A stretch of DNA of 64,000 nucleotides from an uncultured Acidobacteriota bacterium (GTDB taxonomy: Bacteria; Acidobacteriota; Thermoanaerobaculia; Multivoradales; UBA5704): assembly GCA_963700145.1 (NCBI GenBank), contig OY969474.1:4064001-4128000 (forward strand), read 5' to 3'. Below, piece after piece: positions 50,918 to 61,208 of this stretch (position 1 is the stretch's first letter; each line of letters starts with the position of its first letter). Made by a program: the position numbers and the translations under genes. The notes beneath the pieces are model-generated. The model made no database searches, had not been told where the DNA came from, and worked only from the letters and a program-made list of their open reading frames with translations.

Positions 50918-53900
50918 TCAGTCGAGGAGCCGCACGCTCACCGTCTTCGTCAGCGGGTTAGCGGTGAAGCGCACGAGCTGGGTCAGGGCCGGCGAGCTGG
51001 TGGCGCCGCCGCTCGGGCCGGCGCCGGCCTGCGCGGGGTCGGTGACCATCTGGCGGCTGACGATCTTGAAGGGCGTCGGGCCGTTGGCGAAGCCCACCAC
51101 CCGGTAGGTGTAGGTCTTGCCGCCGGTCAACGCCCACTGCACCTCTTCGCCGGGGCCGAAGTTGCCGGAGCTGGCGATCACCCGGCCCTGGTCGTCGAGC
51201 AGCTGGAAGTCGAGGTCCGGGTAGAAGGCCACCGTCGGGTCGGCCGAGAGCGTGCCGACGACCCCGATGGCGCTCGAGCGGGCGGTGAACGGCACGTCCA
51301 CGTGATCCACCCCGCCGGCGAGCAGGTTGCCGCCGGTGCCGATCGGCACGACGCCGGTGAACTCCTCGGTGAAGTCGAAGGGCGCCGGCCGCGGCTGCGG
51401 GGTGATGGAGCCGTCCGCCGGCTGGCTGCCGTTGGCCGGCTGCGGCGCCACCTCGAGGCGCCCGGTGACCAGGGCGTCGAAGGTGAAGAGCTTGCCCTGC
51501 GGGTTGTTGAAGCGCAGGTTGCGCGCCGCCGAGGTCTGGCCGGTGGCGAGCGCCGGCGTGTAGCCGTAGTGCGCCTCGTGGCCGTTCTGCCCGCTGCCGC
51601 CGTTGTCGGCGTTGGCGGCGGTGATCGACGGGTGGCTGATCGACACGATCTTGAAGGTGATCGGCGTGTAGATGGTGCCGTCGGCCTGCCCGGCCCCGCC
51701 CTTGTTCTTGAGCGTCTGGTCGAAGGAGAAGACGCCGCCGCTGAACTGGACGTTGGCGATCCGCGTCTCGACGGCGGCGCTGACGTCGTCGAGCGCCAGG
51801 GCCACCGCGGCGGTGCCGCTCAGGTCGGAGACCCCCACCTGGCCGTCGGCGTTGACGCGCAGGGCGCGGACGACGTAGTCGAAATCCAGGGTCGGGAGAC
51901 CCAGGGCGACGCGGCTGCCGATCATCTGGCCGCGGTCGAGGTAGGAGGTCGTGCCGCCGCCGTGGACGTACTCGACGTGGGTGTAGCCGGCGAGCTGCTC
52001 GGGCCGGTCGCCGTCGAAGTACTCGCGGTCCGGCACGCCGGTGAAGAGGCGCTTGTCGGTCGAGCCGGCGCGGCGCTTGAGCACCTGGTAGGCGAAGGCG
52101 CCGTCGACCGGCTGCCAGCGCACCTCGACGCCGGTCGGCGAGGTGGGCTCGGCGACGACGCCCTGCGGCGCCGGCGGCTTCTCCAACCCGGCGGTGAAGG
52201 CGCTCACCGAGGTGGAGATGAGCTGCCGCGCTCCGAGCGGCGGCTCGGCGTTGATCCCCAGCTCGCGGGCGGCGAAGACCTGCTCGATGAGCGCGCGGTG
52301 CCGGCCCGGGGTCTCGGGGTCCGTCGGGTCGGCGGGGTAGAGCACCGAGTCGGCGATGATCAGCGCGTCGCGCGCCCGCACGAAGGTGTCGGGCGCCATC
52401 GTCCCGAGCACGTACATCGAGCCCAGGAAGATGCGCTCCCAGGTCTCCTTGCCGCGCGAGATCGGGTCGGTGGCCTCGCCGCTGATGGCGTTGGGCCGCT
52501 TGTAGGGTCCGCCGGTCTGGAACTGGGTCATGAGCTGGCGGATGTCCCAGAGCGCGCCGGCGTAGATCTCGCCGTCGCGGTGGACCTCGAAGATCGCCAG
52601 CCCGTCGACGACCAGCGTGCCGAGCTGCGAGTAGCGGAGCTGGCTGTCGGCGCTGCGGAACCACTTGACGAGGTCGGGATCGACGCCGGCGGCGCGGAAC
52701 TCCTCGCGCAGGCGCGGGGCGTTGACGATGTAGGAGCCGAGGGCGGGGTTCTCGCCGATCGAGTAGGCCCAGAGGTCCGCTTGGCCCTCGTTCAACGCGC
52801 CCGCCTCGGGCGCGCCCTCGAAGCCGGCGATCGGGGTGATCGTCGAGTGCGTCCCCTCGTGCAGCGGCACCGCGAAGTCGATCGCCAGGTCGTTGAGCGC
52901 GAAGCCGTGGCCGTAGAAGGTCGGGTTGACGACCACCTTCTGCCCCTCGACCTCCTCGGAGGCCGGGACGGCGAAGGCGTTGTCGCAGCCGAGGAGCGTC
53001 TCCATGAACAACGGGTCGGAGACCGGCGCCAGGTCGCCGCAGATGTCCTCGAGGACGTTGGGGATGTGGACGGTGCCGGTGAGCGGCGTGTCCTCGTTCG
53101 GGAAGCGGTCGGGGAAGCTCCCCTCGCCGACGCCGCGGCTGTGCACGGCGTCGCCGGCCTTGTGCAGGTAGTCGAGGTACTCGACCAGGCTCGTGATGTA
53201 GAGGTACTGCGAGATGCCGTCCTGGTGCTCGGCCGGCTCGGCGGTCTGGTCGCGCTCGTTGGTGCGCGCCTCGAGCGGCGGCGCGTCCTGGGCGAAGTGC
53301 CAGGTGCCGAGCGCGGCCTGCGGGAACGGCAGGCGGGTGGGCAGGGCGTTGAAGATCGCGGCGTGGGTGCCGGTGATGACCCCCTGGGTGCCGGTGGCGG
53401 CGCTCGTCGGGTCGATCTTGCGCGCCTGGACGCGGATCTGCCCGGCCGGCCGCCCGACCTCCAGGCCGTCGTCGTCGAGGATCGCGCCCTCGTCCTGCAG
53501 GGCCTCGGTGATCGGCGGGCTGGTGGGGAAGTAGTCGGCGGTGAAGGGCAGCGGCGCCTCCTGGGTGACGACGAGGTTGGCGCGCCGCAGCACCTCGCCG
53601 CTGCCGGCGTCGACGGTGTAGCGGTAGAGGCCGAAGGGGTTGCGCGTGTAGTAGAGGAACGTCCAGGCCAGCCGGAAGCCGCCGGCCGTGGGGTAGACGG
53701 TGAGCCGCGGATGCGGCGTCGTCAGCGGCCCGAGCTGCGACTCGATCAGCGCGTAGGCGCCGTCGAGCACCGCCAGCGCCTGCGGCGGCTGCGGCCGGGC
53801 GAAGGCGGCGAGGTTGGCGGCGGCGCGCTCGACCGCCGCGGCGCTGCCGAGCGAGGGCGTGACGTCGATCGCGACGTCGCGGTAGTAGGGGCCGGAGACG

Positions 53901-54409
53901 GCGCGCACCCGCTTCTCGCCGTCGAGGACGACGCCGAAGCCGGCGTCGGCGACCGGCACGCCGCGGTGGACCTGGTCGAAGCGCAGGAGATACCCGCCGA
54001 GGGCCGGCCCGCTGCGGTCGGCGTCGAGCACCAGCGTCGCGCCGTCCACGGCACCGAAGAGGTCGGCGTGGGCGGCCAGGAAGTCGCGCGCCGCGGTCTC
54101 GGGGGCGGCGGCGGAGGGGGTGGACGCGAAGCCGTAGACGACGTCCGGCGAGCCGCCGAAGCGGTCCCAGCGCACGACGGCGCCGGGGTGCTCGGCGGTG
54201 AAGCGGTCGACCGCGGCGCGGAGGGTCGGCGTCAGCAGGCGCGCGGGCAGGGTCCCGGGCCGCTGGTTGAGGTCGAGCGGGGCGATGCGCGGCGGCGCGG
54301 CGAGCTGGTCGGGCGGCGCCACCGGCGCGGCGGCGGCGAGCGCGGCCGGGCCGGCGGCGAGAGCAAGCGTGAGGATGGCGGCGGCAGTGATGGCGAGCTT
54401 GGAGCGCAT
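50918..54409 (-). CDS. Secreted M36/M4-like zinc metalloprotease with propeptide and C-terminal beta domains
   Basis: Signal peptide; FTP-like RFDQVHRGVPV; DNAF, HEGTH, ALNEGQAD, EVHRDGEIY, FN3-like segment. Confidence 0.85.
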   Translation of the reverse strand: MRSKLAITAAAILTLALAAGPAALAAAAPVAPPDQLAAPPRIAPLDLNQRPGTLPARLLTPTLRAAVDRFTAEHPGAVVRWDRFGGSPDVVYGFASTPSAAAPETAARDFLAAHADLFGAVDGATLVLDADRSGPALGGYLLRFDQVHRGVPVADAGFGVVLDGEKRVRAVSGPYYRDVAIDVTPSLGSAAAVERAAANLAAFARPQPPQALAVLDGAYALIESQLGPLTTPHPRLTVYPTAGGFRLAWTFLYYTRNPFGLYRYTVDAGSGEVLRRANLVVTQEAPLPFTADYFPTSPPITEALQDEGAILDDDGLEVGRPAGQIRVQARKIDPTSAATGTQGVITGTHAAIFNALPTRLPFPQAALGTWHFAQDAPPLEARTNERDQTAEPAEHQDGISQYLYITSLVEYLDYLHKAGDAVHSRGVGEGSFPDRFPNEDTPLTGTVHIPNVLEDICGDLAPVSDPLFMETLLGCDNAFAVPASEEVEGQKVVVNPTFYGHGFALNDLAIDFAVPLHEGTHSTITPIAGFEGAPEAGALNEGQADLWAYSIGENPALGSYIVNAPRLREEFRAAGVDPDLVKWFRSADSQLRYSQLGTLVVDGLAIFEVHRDGEIYAGALWDIRQLMTQFQTGGPYKRPNAISGEATDPISRGKETWERIFLGSMYVLGTMAPDTFVRARDALIIADSVLYPADPTDPETPGRHRALIEQVFAARELGINAEPPLGARQLISTSVSAFTAGLEKPPAPQGVVAEPTSPTGVEVRWQPVDGAFAYQVLKRRAGSTDKRLFTGVPDREYFDGDRPEQLAGYTHVEYVHGGGTTSYLDRGQMIGSRVALGLPTLDFDYVVRALRVNADGQVGVSDLSGTAAVALALDDVSAAVETRIANVQFSGGVFSFDQTLKNKGGAGQADGTIYTPITFKIVSISHPSITAANADNGGSGQNGHEAHYGYTPALATGQTSAARNLRFNNPQGKLFTFDALVTGRLEVAPQPANGSQPADGSITPQPRPAPFDFTEEFTGVVPIGTGGNLLAGGVDHVDVPFTARSSAIGVVGTLSADPTVAFYPDLDFQLLDDQGRVIASSGNFGPGEEVQWALTGGKTYTYRVVGFANGPTPFKIVSRQMVTDPAQAGAGPSGGATSSPALTQLVRFTANPLTKTVSVRLLD

Positions 54410-54516
54410 GGACGTTCTCCTCCCGGTCCCAGGATCGCCGCCGGCAGGCACCGGTGGAATCGGGGACGTCCCTCAGCAGGCGGAGGCGAAATCCCTCAGA
54501 CGGGAAAGGAGACCCC

Positions 54517-55032
54517 ATGTACAACCAGCCCCTGAAGTGGTCCTACAACCTCCGCGGCTCCACCCCGCAGGTGGACGTCGCCGGCGGCACCATCCAGGAG
54601 GCCAACGCCAGCACCTTCCCGGCGCTGTCGGACAACGGCCTCGCGATCTACCTCCTGGAGCTCCAGCCGGGCGCAATCCGCATCCCGCACTGGCACCCTG
54701 ACGCAGCGGAGCTCGACTACTGCCTCGAAGGCTCGGCCGTCATCTCGATCGGCTCACCGACCGGCGACTTCGTCCGCGTCGAGCTGACGGCGGGGATGAT
54801 CTCGGTCATCCCGCAAGGCTGGTTCCACTACATCGCCAACCCCGGCGACGGCCCGATGCGCATGTTGGTCATCTTCAACAACAGCCAGCCCAACGACATC
54901 GGCATCTCGGAAGGCTTCCGCGGCGTCCCCGACGAGGTTCTGGCCCTTACCCTCGGAGTGGATGCTGCTCGCTTCGCCGGCATCGACCGCAACGTCGGCT
55001 ACATCGCGCCGCAAGGAGCGGAGCCGGCGTGA
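54517..55032 (+). CDS. Single-domain cupin (oxalate decarboxylase/germin-like)
   Basis: PHWHPDAAELDY, IPQGWFHYI; RBS AAAGGAG. Confidence 0.88.
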   Translation: MYNQPLKWSYNLRGSTPQVDVAGGTIQEANASTFPALSDNGLAIYLLELQPGAIRIPHWHPDAAELDYCLEGSAVISIGSPTGDFVRVELTAGMISVIPQGWFHYIANPGDGPMRMLVIFNNSQPNDIGISEGFRGVPDEVLALTLGVDAARFAGIDRNVGYIAPQGAEPA

Positions 55033-55055
55033 AGGCCGAGTAGGGATCGACTGAT

Positions 55056-55463
55056 CTAGCTGGTTGCCGAAGAGCGGCGAGCACGCCCTTTGCTTCGCGT
55101 TGCCTTCGGGCGGGCAGCCACGGGCGGCGTTTGCGACCGGGCGAGCTTCACGCTCACGAGCCGATTTAGTGAGACGTTTTGCTCCGCCGCTTCGAGAATA
55201 AGGAGCCGGTGCACTTCCGGCGGGATGCGGACCTTGAAAGTGCCGCTGTAGGCGCGGGTGGCCAAGGGCTCCGGGATGGGGTCCCCATGCTCGCGTAGGA
55301 GAGCGATGCCCTCCCGGGCGGCTTGCCGGATGCCGAGAAACGTCGTCTGAGGGTCCTTGTCGAGCCAGCTCAGTCCCGGCAGCTCCGCACACACGCCGAC
55401 GTACTCCTCGTCCTCGGGAGACCAGAAGACCCGGTACGTGTACTGCTCCCACGGCTCTTTCAC
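55056..55463 (-). CDS. hicB: HicB-family antitoxin
   Basis: YTYRVFWSPEDEEYVG.C.ELPGLSW, YSGTFKVRIPPEVHR, SLN. Confidence 0.9.
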   Translation of the reverse strand: MKEPWEQYTYRVFWSPEDEEYVGVCAELPGLSWLDKDPQTTFLGIRQAAREGIALLREHGDPIPEPLATRAYSGTFKVRIPPEVHRLLILEAAEQNVSLNRLVSVKLARSQTPPVAARPKATRSKGRARRSSATS

Positions 55464-55717
55464 TTCGAGCTTCCTTTCTTCTCGATGGCGCTCACAACTT
55501 GGCGGCACTGGTATTCCTTGGCCATCCTGCCTCGCGGTTGAACGACGAGCAGCGGCTGCTCGATCAGTCCCGTGCGGAAGATCAGGTGGCTCCCTTTGCC
55601 GCGGCGCTCGTCCGGGAAGTAGTGCCTGCAAACCCTGACCAGTTCGGCGAAGGTGACGGCAGCAGGATCTGCCCTCAGCTTCTCGAGCAGCTCCTCCACC
55701 CGCCCCAATCGCGCCAC
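55460..55717 (-). CDS. hicA: HicA-like toxin
   Basis: VTFAELVRVC..YF, KGSHLIF, AKEYQ..QV; GTGA overlap with hicB. Confidence 0.85.
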   Translation of the reverse strand: MARLGRVEELLEKLRADPAAVTFAELVRVCRHYFPDERRGKGSHLIFRTGLIEQPLLVVQPRGRMAKEYQCRQVVSAIEKKGSSK

Positions 55718-55858
55718 GTCGCTATGGTGTCTCTATTGGCCCCATTCGTCAAGGCTCGGTGGGCGGGTAGGAGCCCCGGTTGGGCCGGTAAGTGCTACGG
55801 GCCAAGGTAAGGCAGGCGCCCGCGGCTCCACGGTGCGGCGTCTGCCTGCCAGCGCCGG

Positions 55859-56755
55859 CTACTTCCACACTCCGCCGATCGGCACCGCCTTGTCGTCTTC
55901 CAGTCCCAGTGTGCCTAGCTCGAACGCCTCCTCGATCGTCCGCAGGAGAGAGTAGTGGGTGTACGGGAAGTCGGACGTGGCGCCGGCCTGCACGGCGTCG
56001 CCGTAGAGCACGGTGTAGACGGGAGTCGTGTGGTGGTGGCTGCTCTCGTCGAAGGTCACGACGAAGAGCATCCCGTTCATGAAATCGGGGTCCTCCAGCC
56101 GAGGGCCGAAGGTTTCCTCGAGCCAATCGTCCGCGAACGCAACGTCTTTGGGCGAGTGGCCGTTGTTGTGGTTGTTGGGGATGAAGAGCGAGAAGTTCGG
56201 CAGCGTGTCTTTGTCGATGTCGGTCTGGAGCTCCGCCGCGCCGACCACGCGGCCGCAGCGTTCCGGGTCGTCTTGCACGTTGGTGTAGCTCAGGAAAGGC
56301 TCGTGCTTGCGCACGTAGAGACCGGACTCCTTTTTAAGGAAGCAGCCGCCCGGGTAGTCCTCCGCATACGACTTCCACGTCAAACCCTTCGCTTCGAGCA
56401 GGTTGCCGAGATGCCGGACATCCAGGTCGACATTCTTGTTGGTGTCCACGCCGTGGGTGCTGCCCGAGGTCAGCGCAAGGTAGTTCGGTTGGGAGGGTCT
56501 CGCGACAAATAAGTACTGGGTAAGGAATGCTCCCTTCTTCGCAAGCTCGCTTAGGAACGGCTGCTTCAGGGCGTCCTCGGCATCCGTATTCTCCAGGACG
56601 ACGATGAAGACTTTCTGGAAGGGGGCCGGATGCGGGAAAGCGGGCGGACTCTTCAAGAGCTCTAGCGCCGGCGGGGGCACCGGCGGCGGCGTCGAGCTAC
56701 ACCCGACGAGCAAAAGGACCAGGATTGCCAGACCGGACGGGACGAGGCGTCTCAT
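55859..56755 (-). CDS. Phosphoesterase-family (acid phosphatase) lipoprotein
   Basis: Lipobox LVGC; VVLEN, PSQPNY, RKHEPF, VTFDE, HYSLLRTIE. Confidence 0.88.
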   Translation of the reverse strand: MRRLVPSGLAILVLLLVGCSSTPPPVPPPALELLKSPPAFPHPAPFQKVFIVVLENTDAEDALKQPFLSELAKKGAFLTQYLFVARPSQPNYLALTSGSTHGVDTNKNVDLDVRHLGNLLEAKGLTWKSYAEDYPGGCFLKKESGLYVRKHEPFLSYTNVQDDPERCGRVVGAAELQTDIDKDTLPNFSLFIPNNHNNGHSPKDVAFADDWLEETFGPRLEDPDFMNGMLFVVTFDESSHHHTTPVYTVLYGDAVQAGATSDFPYTHYSLLRTIEEAFELGTLGLEDDKAVPIGGVWK

Positions 56756-56833
56756 TGCCCTACCTCCAATGGCTTAGACGGACAGGGGCCAGGGGCTTCC
56801 GCCAATGACCGCAACCCGTGTGCCCCGAGGGCG

Positions 56834-56848
56834 TGGCACGCGCCTTGC
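56834..56848 (+). promoter_or_regulatory. sigma54 -24/-12 promoter upstream of PBP1B
   Basis: TGGCAC-gcgcc-TTGC, consensus match. Confidence 0.65.
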
Positions 56849-56862
56849 GCAACGGCGGTCGC

Positions 56863-59652
56863 GTGGACGAGCGGCGACCCCCGATCCGCCAGCGTGCCTC
56901 CTGGGCGATGGTGCGCAGCGACCTCGCGGCGATGGAGCGGCGGCAGAAGATCGCCGTCATCGGCGGCTTCGCGCTGCTCGCGCTCTCCGTGCTGGTCGGG
57001 CTCTGGCTCGCCGGCTACCTGGTCCAGGTCTCCCGCCAGTTCCCCGAGGCGCCGTTCCGACAGCCCTCCCGCCTCTACGCGCGCCCGACGCTCCTAGCCG
57101 TCGGCCGGCCGGCCGGGCCGCGATCGGTCATCGGCGAGCTGCGCGCGGCCGGCTACCGTGAGTCGGAGGACGGCGGCCCGCTGCCGCAGGGCACCTTCCG
57201 CCGCTCGGGCGAGCGGCTGGCGATCCACCTGCGCAGCTTCCCCGACCGCGCGCGCGGCGGTCTCCCCGGCGGCGGCCGGCAGGTGCTCGTCGATTTCGAC
57301 GGCGGCCGGGTCGCGCGCATCCTGATCGCCGGCAGCCCGGCGCAACGGGTGCAGCTCGAGCCGGCCCTGCTCGCCACCTTCTACGGCCCGGAGATGGAAG
57401 AGCGGCGGCCGGTGACGCTCGAGGAGCTGCCCGACGACGTCGTCGAGGCGGTGCTCGCCGCCGAGGACCACGCCTTCTTCAGCCACCCCGGGCTGTCGCT
57501 GGTCGCCATTGGGCGCGCCGCCTGGGCCAACCTGCGCGGCGGCGGGGTGCAGCAGGGCGGAAGCACGCTCACCCAGCAGCTGGTCAAGAACCTCTACCTC
57601 TCGCCCGAGCGGACGCTGGCGCGCAAGGCGCGCGAGGCGGTCATCGCGGTGCTGCTCGAGGCGCGCTACGGCAAGAAGAAGATCCTCGAGGCGTATCTCA
57701 ACGAGATCTACTGGGGGTCGGCCGGCTCGACCAACCTGATCGGCCTCGGCGCCGCCTCCCGCGCCTACTTCGGCAAGGACGCCCGCGCCCTGCGGCTGGA
57801 GGAGGCGGCCACCCTGGCCGGCATGATCCGCGCTCCGGCCACCTACTCGCCGCTCGCCCACCCGGAGGCGGCGGTCGAGCGGCGCAACTGGGTGCTCGGA
57901 CGGATGGCGGAGCTAGGCTGGGTCGAGCGCGAGCGCGCGGCGGGGCTCGCCGCGCTGCCGCTCGCGGTCTCGCCGGAGCCGCCATCGCCGCGGCGCGCAC
58001 CCTACTTTGCCGACTACGCCGCCGCCGAGGCGCGCGAGCGCTTCGACGTCGACGACCTGGCCGGCGGCGGCTACGTCCTCTTCGCCACCCTCGCCTGGCG
58101 CGAGCAGCGGCTCGCCGAGGAGGCGGTCGGCGAGACCCTGCCGTCGCTCGAGCGGCGCTGGGAGCGGCGGCGGCGCAAGGAGCCGCTCCAGGCGGCGCTC
58201 GTCTCGGCCGACCCGCGCGACGGCGCCATCCTCGCCTACGTCGGCGGCCGCGACTACAAGGAGAGCCAGTTCGACCGCGTCGCCCAGGCCAAGCGCCAGG
58301 TGGGGAGCGCCTTCAAGCCGGTCGTCTACGCCGCCGCCTTCTCCGAGGGCGTGGCTTACCCCGCGAGCGTGCTGCGCGACACGCCGATCGTGGTGCGCTA
58401 CGGCACCACCGAATGGCGGCCGCAGAACGACGACCGCCGCTTCCGCGGCCCGGTGACGGTGCGCCGCGCGCTCGAGCAGTCGCTCAACATCCCGACGGTG
58501 CGGCTGGCGATGCAGATCGGGCTGTCGCGCGTCGCGACGCTGGCGCGGGACATGGGAATCTCCGAGGCGCTCGACCCGGTGCCGGCGCTGGCGCTCGGCG
58601 CCGCCTCGGTCACCCCCTGGGACCTGGCCGAGGTCTACGCCACCCTGGCGAGCGGCGGCGCCCGCCCGCAGCTCCACGGCCTGGCCGCGGTCTTCGACCG
58701 CTTCGGCGAGAACGTCCTCGGCGAGGACCTGGCGGCGCCGCAGCGGGTGCTCCACCCGCAGCCGGCGTACCTGGTCACCGCGCTCCTCCAAGGGGCGATG
58801 GACCACGGCACCGGCGCCTCGGCGCGCAGCTTCGGCGTGCGCGGGCCGCTGGCCGGCAAGACCGGCACCACCAACGGCCGGCGCGACAGCTGGTTCGCCG
58901 GCTACAGCGGCGACCGGGTGACGGTCGTCTGGGTGGGCTACGACGACAACGCCCGTACCCGCCTCTCCGGCGCCCGCGCCGCGGTGCCGCTGTGGGCTCG
59001 CTTCGTCAGCGCGGTCCGCCCGCCGGGCGGCTTCCGGCCGGTGCCGCAGCCGCCGGGGATCGTCACCGCGGTGATCGACCCGATGACCGGCGAGCTGGCG
59101 TCCGACTTCTGCCCGACGCGCGTCACCGAGGTCTTCGCCGACTGGCAGGTGCCGAGCCAGCCCTGCCGCCTCCATTCGTGGCAGACGCAGATGGCCTGGA
59201 TGGACCCCTCGTACGACCCGACGCTCTACGGCGGCGCCTGGGACCCCGCGACGGGCGAGCCGGTCTACGCCGGCGGCGGCTACGCCGGCTACGGCTACGG
59301 CGACCTCGAAGGGGCGCCGCTCGAGGCCGGCGCGGAAGGCGTGGCGCCGCCGGACGAGGGGACCTTCCGCCGCATGCTCCGCCGCTGGCCGCCGGCCGGC
59401 GAGCCGGAGCTGGAAGAGGGCGAAGGGGAGATCGACATCCGCCCGAGCCGGCCGTCGCGCCGGATCGAGCCCGTCCCGGTGCCGGCCGAGCCGGAGACGC
59501 AGGCCGCCGGGACGCTGGAGCCGGTCGAGCCGGTCGTTGCCCCCGAGCCGGTCGAGAACGGCGCCGATCCGCCGCCGCCGGTCGGGACCGACGGCGGCGA
59601 GCCGCCGGCGTTCGAGTCGGCCCCTCCCGACGCGCCCCCGCCCGCCTGGTAA
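56863..59652 (+). CDS. mrcB: Class A penicillin-binding protein (PBP1B-like) with an acidic Pro-rich tail
   Basis: TM helix; GT51 AEDHAF, GGSTLTQQLVKN; TP SAFK, SLN, KTGT. Start 56863 or 56908. Confidence 0.9.
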   Translation: MDERRPPIRQRASWAMVRSDLAAMERRQKIAVIGGFALLALSVLVGLWLAGYLVQVSRQFPEAPFRQPSRLYARPTLLAVGRPAGPRSVIGELRAAGYRESEDGGPLPQGTFRRSGERLAIHLRSFPDRARGGLPGGGRQVLVDFDGGRVARILIAGSPAQRVQLEPALLATFYGPEMEERRPVTLEELPDDVVEAVLAAEDHAFFSHPGLSLVAIGRAAWANLRGGGVQQGGSTLTQQLVKNLYLSPERTLARKAREAVIAVLLEARYGKKKILEAYLNEIYWGSAGSTNLIGLGAASRAYFGKDARALRLEEAATLAGMIRAPATYSPLAHPEAAVERRNWVLGRMAELGWVERERAAGLAALPLAVSPEPPSPRRAPYFADYAAAEARERFDVDDLAGGGYVLFATLAWREQRLAEEAVGETLPSLERRWERRRRKEPLQAALVSADPRDGAILAYVGGRDYKESQFDRVAQAKRQVGSAFKPVVYAAAFSEGVAYPASVLRDTPIVVRYGTTEWRPQNDDRRFRGPVTVRRALEQSLNIPTVRLAMQIGLSRVATLARDMGISEALDPVPALALGAASVTPWDLAEVYATLASGGARPQLHGLAAVFDRFGENVLGEDLAAPQRVLHPQPAYLVTALLQGAMDHGTGASARSFGVRGPLAGKTGTTNGRRDSWFAGYSGDRVTVVWVGYDDNARTRLSGARAAVPLWARFVSAVRPPGGFRPVPQPPGIVTAVIDPMTGELASDFCPTRVTEVFADWQVPSQPCRLHSWQTQMAWMDPSYDPTLYGGAWDPATGEPVYAGGGYAGYGYGDLEGAPLEAGAEGVAPPDEGTFRRMLRRWPPAGEPELEEGEGEIDIRPSRPSRRIEPVPVPAEPETQAAGTLEPVEPVVAPEPVENGADPPPPVGTDGGEPPAFESAPPDAPPPAW

Positions 59653-59744
59653 ATCGCCGCGCCGGCTTGCAAAAAGGGAGCTGCGTCGAGCGCGCGCGGC
59701 GCTGCACCGCGGTCCTTTCCCCCGGGGGCATGCGCCGCGGCGCA

Positions 59745-59759
59745 TGGCACATCTCTTGC
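59745..59759 (+). promoter_or_regulatory. sigma54 -24/-12 promoter upstream of the ECF sigma
   Basis: TGGCAC-atctc-TTGC, consensus match in a 267-bp intergenic region. Confidence 0.7.
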
Positions 59760-59919
59760 CATTACAGAAGCGCAGAGGCGGGTCGGCGGCGCGAGAGTCG
59801 CAACACCAGGAAGTGCAATAGCAGCCGCTGACCCGGGCCTCTCTTCTCCTTCCCCATCCGAAACTCCGGCGGGCGCGTAGAAGTGGCAGCCGCGGGTACG
59901 CCCGCAGCGAGAGCCTGCC

Positions 59920-60573
59920 GTGCAAACCACCGACAGCGGCGCCTACGCGCTCCCCGCGCCTCCGCCCCCTCTGGCGTATATTCCGAGGCCACCACCGGAG
60001 AGGACATCGCCGCTGGAGTCGCCACGCCCGGCCGCCGCGGAGCCGAGAGACGCCACCCTGCTCGAGCGGGTCGCCGCCGGCGACCTCGACGCCTTCCACC
60101 TCTTCTATGAGCGCTACGCCGGGCGCGTCCACGCCTACGTCCAGCAGCTGAGCCGCAGCCGCGAAGGGGCGGAGGACGTGGTGCAGGAGGTCTTCCTCGC
60201 CGTCTGGCGCAAGGCCGCGAGCTTCCGCCCCGAGCGCGGCGACGCCGCGGGTTGGCTCTACACGATGACCCGCAACAAGCTGGTGGACGGCTGGCGCCGC
60301 GCTGGCCAAGGCGCGGAGGCGGTCGAGGCGCTCGACTTCCAGCGCCTGCCGGCGGAGCGGCCGGAGGCGACCGAGCTGCTGCTGACCGTGCGCCAGGCGC
60401 TGGCGCGCGTCGCCCCCGACCAGCGGCGGGCGATCGAGATGGCCTACTTCGGCGGCCTGACCTACGAGGAGACCGCCGACCGGCTGAACCTTCCGCTCGG
60501 CACCCTCAAGTCGCGCATACGCACCGGGCTGCGCGCCATGCACGGCGTGCTGCAAGGGCGGCTGGGGGCGTAG
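59920..60573 (+). CDS. ECF sigma factor (SigK/RpoE-like)
   Basis: AEDVVQEVFLAVW, WLYTMTRN, YFGGLTYEE, PLGTLKSRIR; start uncertain. Confidence 0.9.
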   Translation: MQTTDSGAYALPAPPPPLAYIPRPPPERTSPLESPRPAAAEPRDATLLERVAAGDLDAFHLFYERYAGRVHAYVQQLSRSREGAEDVVQEVFLAVWRKAASFRPERGDAAGWLYTMTRNKLVDGWRRAGQGAEAVEALDFQRLPAERPEATELLLTVRQALARVAPDQRRAIEMAYFGGLTYEETADRLNLPLGTLKSRIRTGLRAMHGVLQGRLGA

Positions 60574-60575
60574 CG

Positions 60576-61208
60576 ATGCACCCACCCGAAGAGACGCTCC
60601 TCTCGGTCGCCGCCGGCGAAGCCGACGTCGCCCACCGGGCGCTGGTCGAGGCGCACGCCGCCTCCTGCGCGGCCTGCCGCGAGGAGCTGGCCGCGCTCTC
60701 GGCGCCGGGCGGGTTGCTGCTGCGCGCGGTCGGCGAGACGCCGCCGCCGGCGGCGCTCTGGGAGCGCCTGGTGGCTCGCCTGCCGCCGCCTGCCGCCGCG
60801 GCGCCCTCGCCCTTGGCCGGCACCCCGGTGCCGCCCGCCGCGCGCGCCGAGCTGCCGGAGCTCGACGCGCTCGCCTGGCGGTGGCCGCTCGTGCGCGGCG
60901 CCCGCATCGCCACGCTGTGGACCGACCCCGACGCCGGCACCACGCTCCTCCTCGGCCACATGCCCGGCGGCCGCCCCTTCCCGCGCCACCGCCACCCGGG
61001 CGGCGAGGACGTGATGGTCCTGGCCGGCGCCTACGCGGACGACTACGGCCGCTGGGAGAGCGGCGCCTACGGCGTCTACGCCCCGGGCTCCGAGCACCGC
61101 CCGCTGACCGAGCCGCTGCACGAGTGCTGGATCCTCACCCGCCTGCCGCGGCCGGTCGAGCTCACCGGCTGGCGCGGCCTGGCGCAGAAGGCGCTCGGCG
61201 CGGCCTAG
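60576..61208 (+). CDS. ChrR-like anti-sigma factor (ZAS + cupin)
   Basis: HAASCAAC (Hx3Cx2C); cupin PRHRHPGGEDVMVLAG...SEHRP. Confidence 0.88.
   Translation: MHPPEETLLSVAAGEADVAHRALVEAHAASCAACREELAALSAPGGLLLRAVGETPPPAALWERLVARLPPPAAAAPSPLAGTPVPPAARAELPELDALAWRWPLVRGARIATLWTDPDAGTTLLLGHMPGGRPFPRHRHPGGEDVMVLAGAYADDYGRWESGAYGVYAPGSEHRPLTEPLHECWILTRLPRPVELTGWRGLAQKALGAA

Noticed and set aside
55766-55800. GTAG...CTAC-bounded segment upstream of hicA
   Set aside because: Pairing is too weak to assign it to the GTAG REP family.
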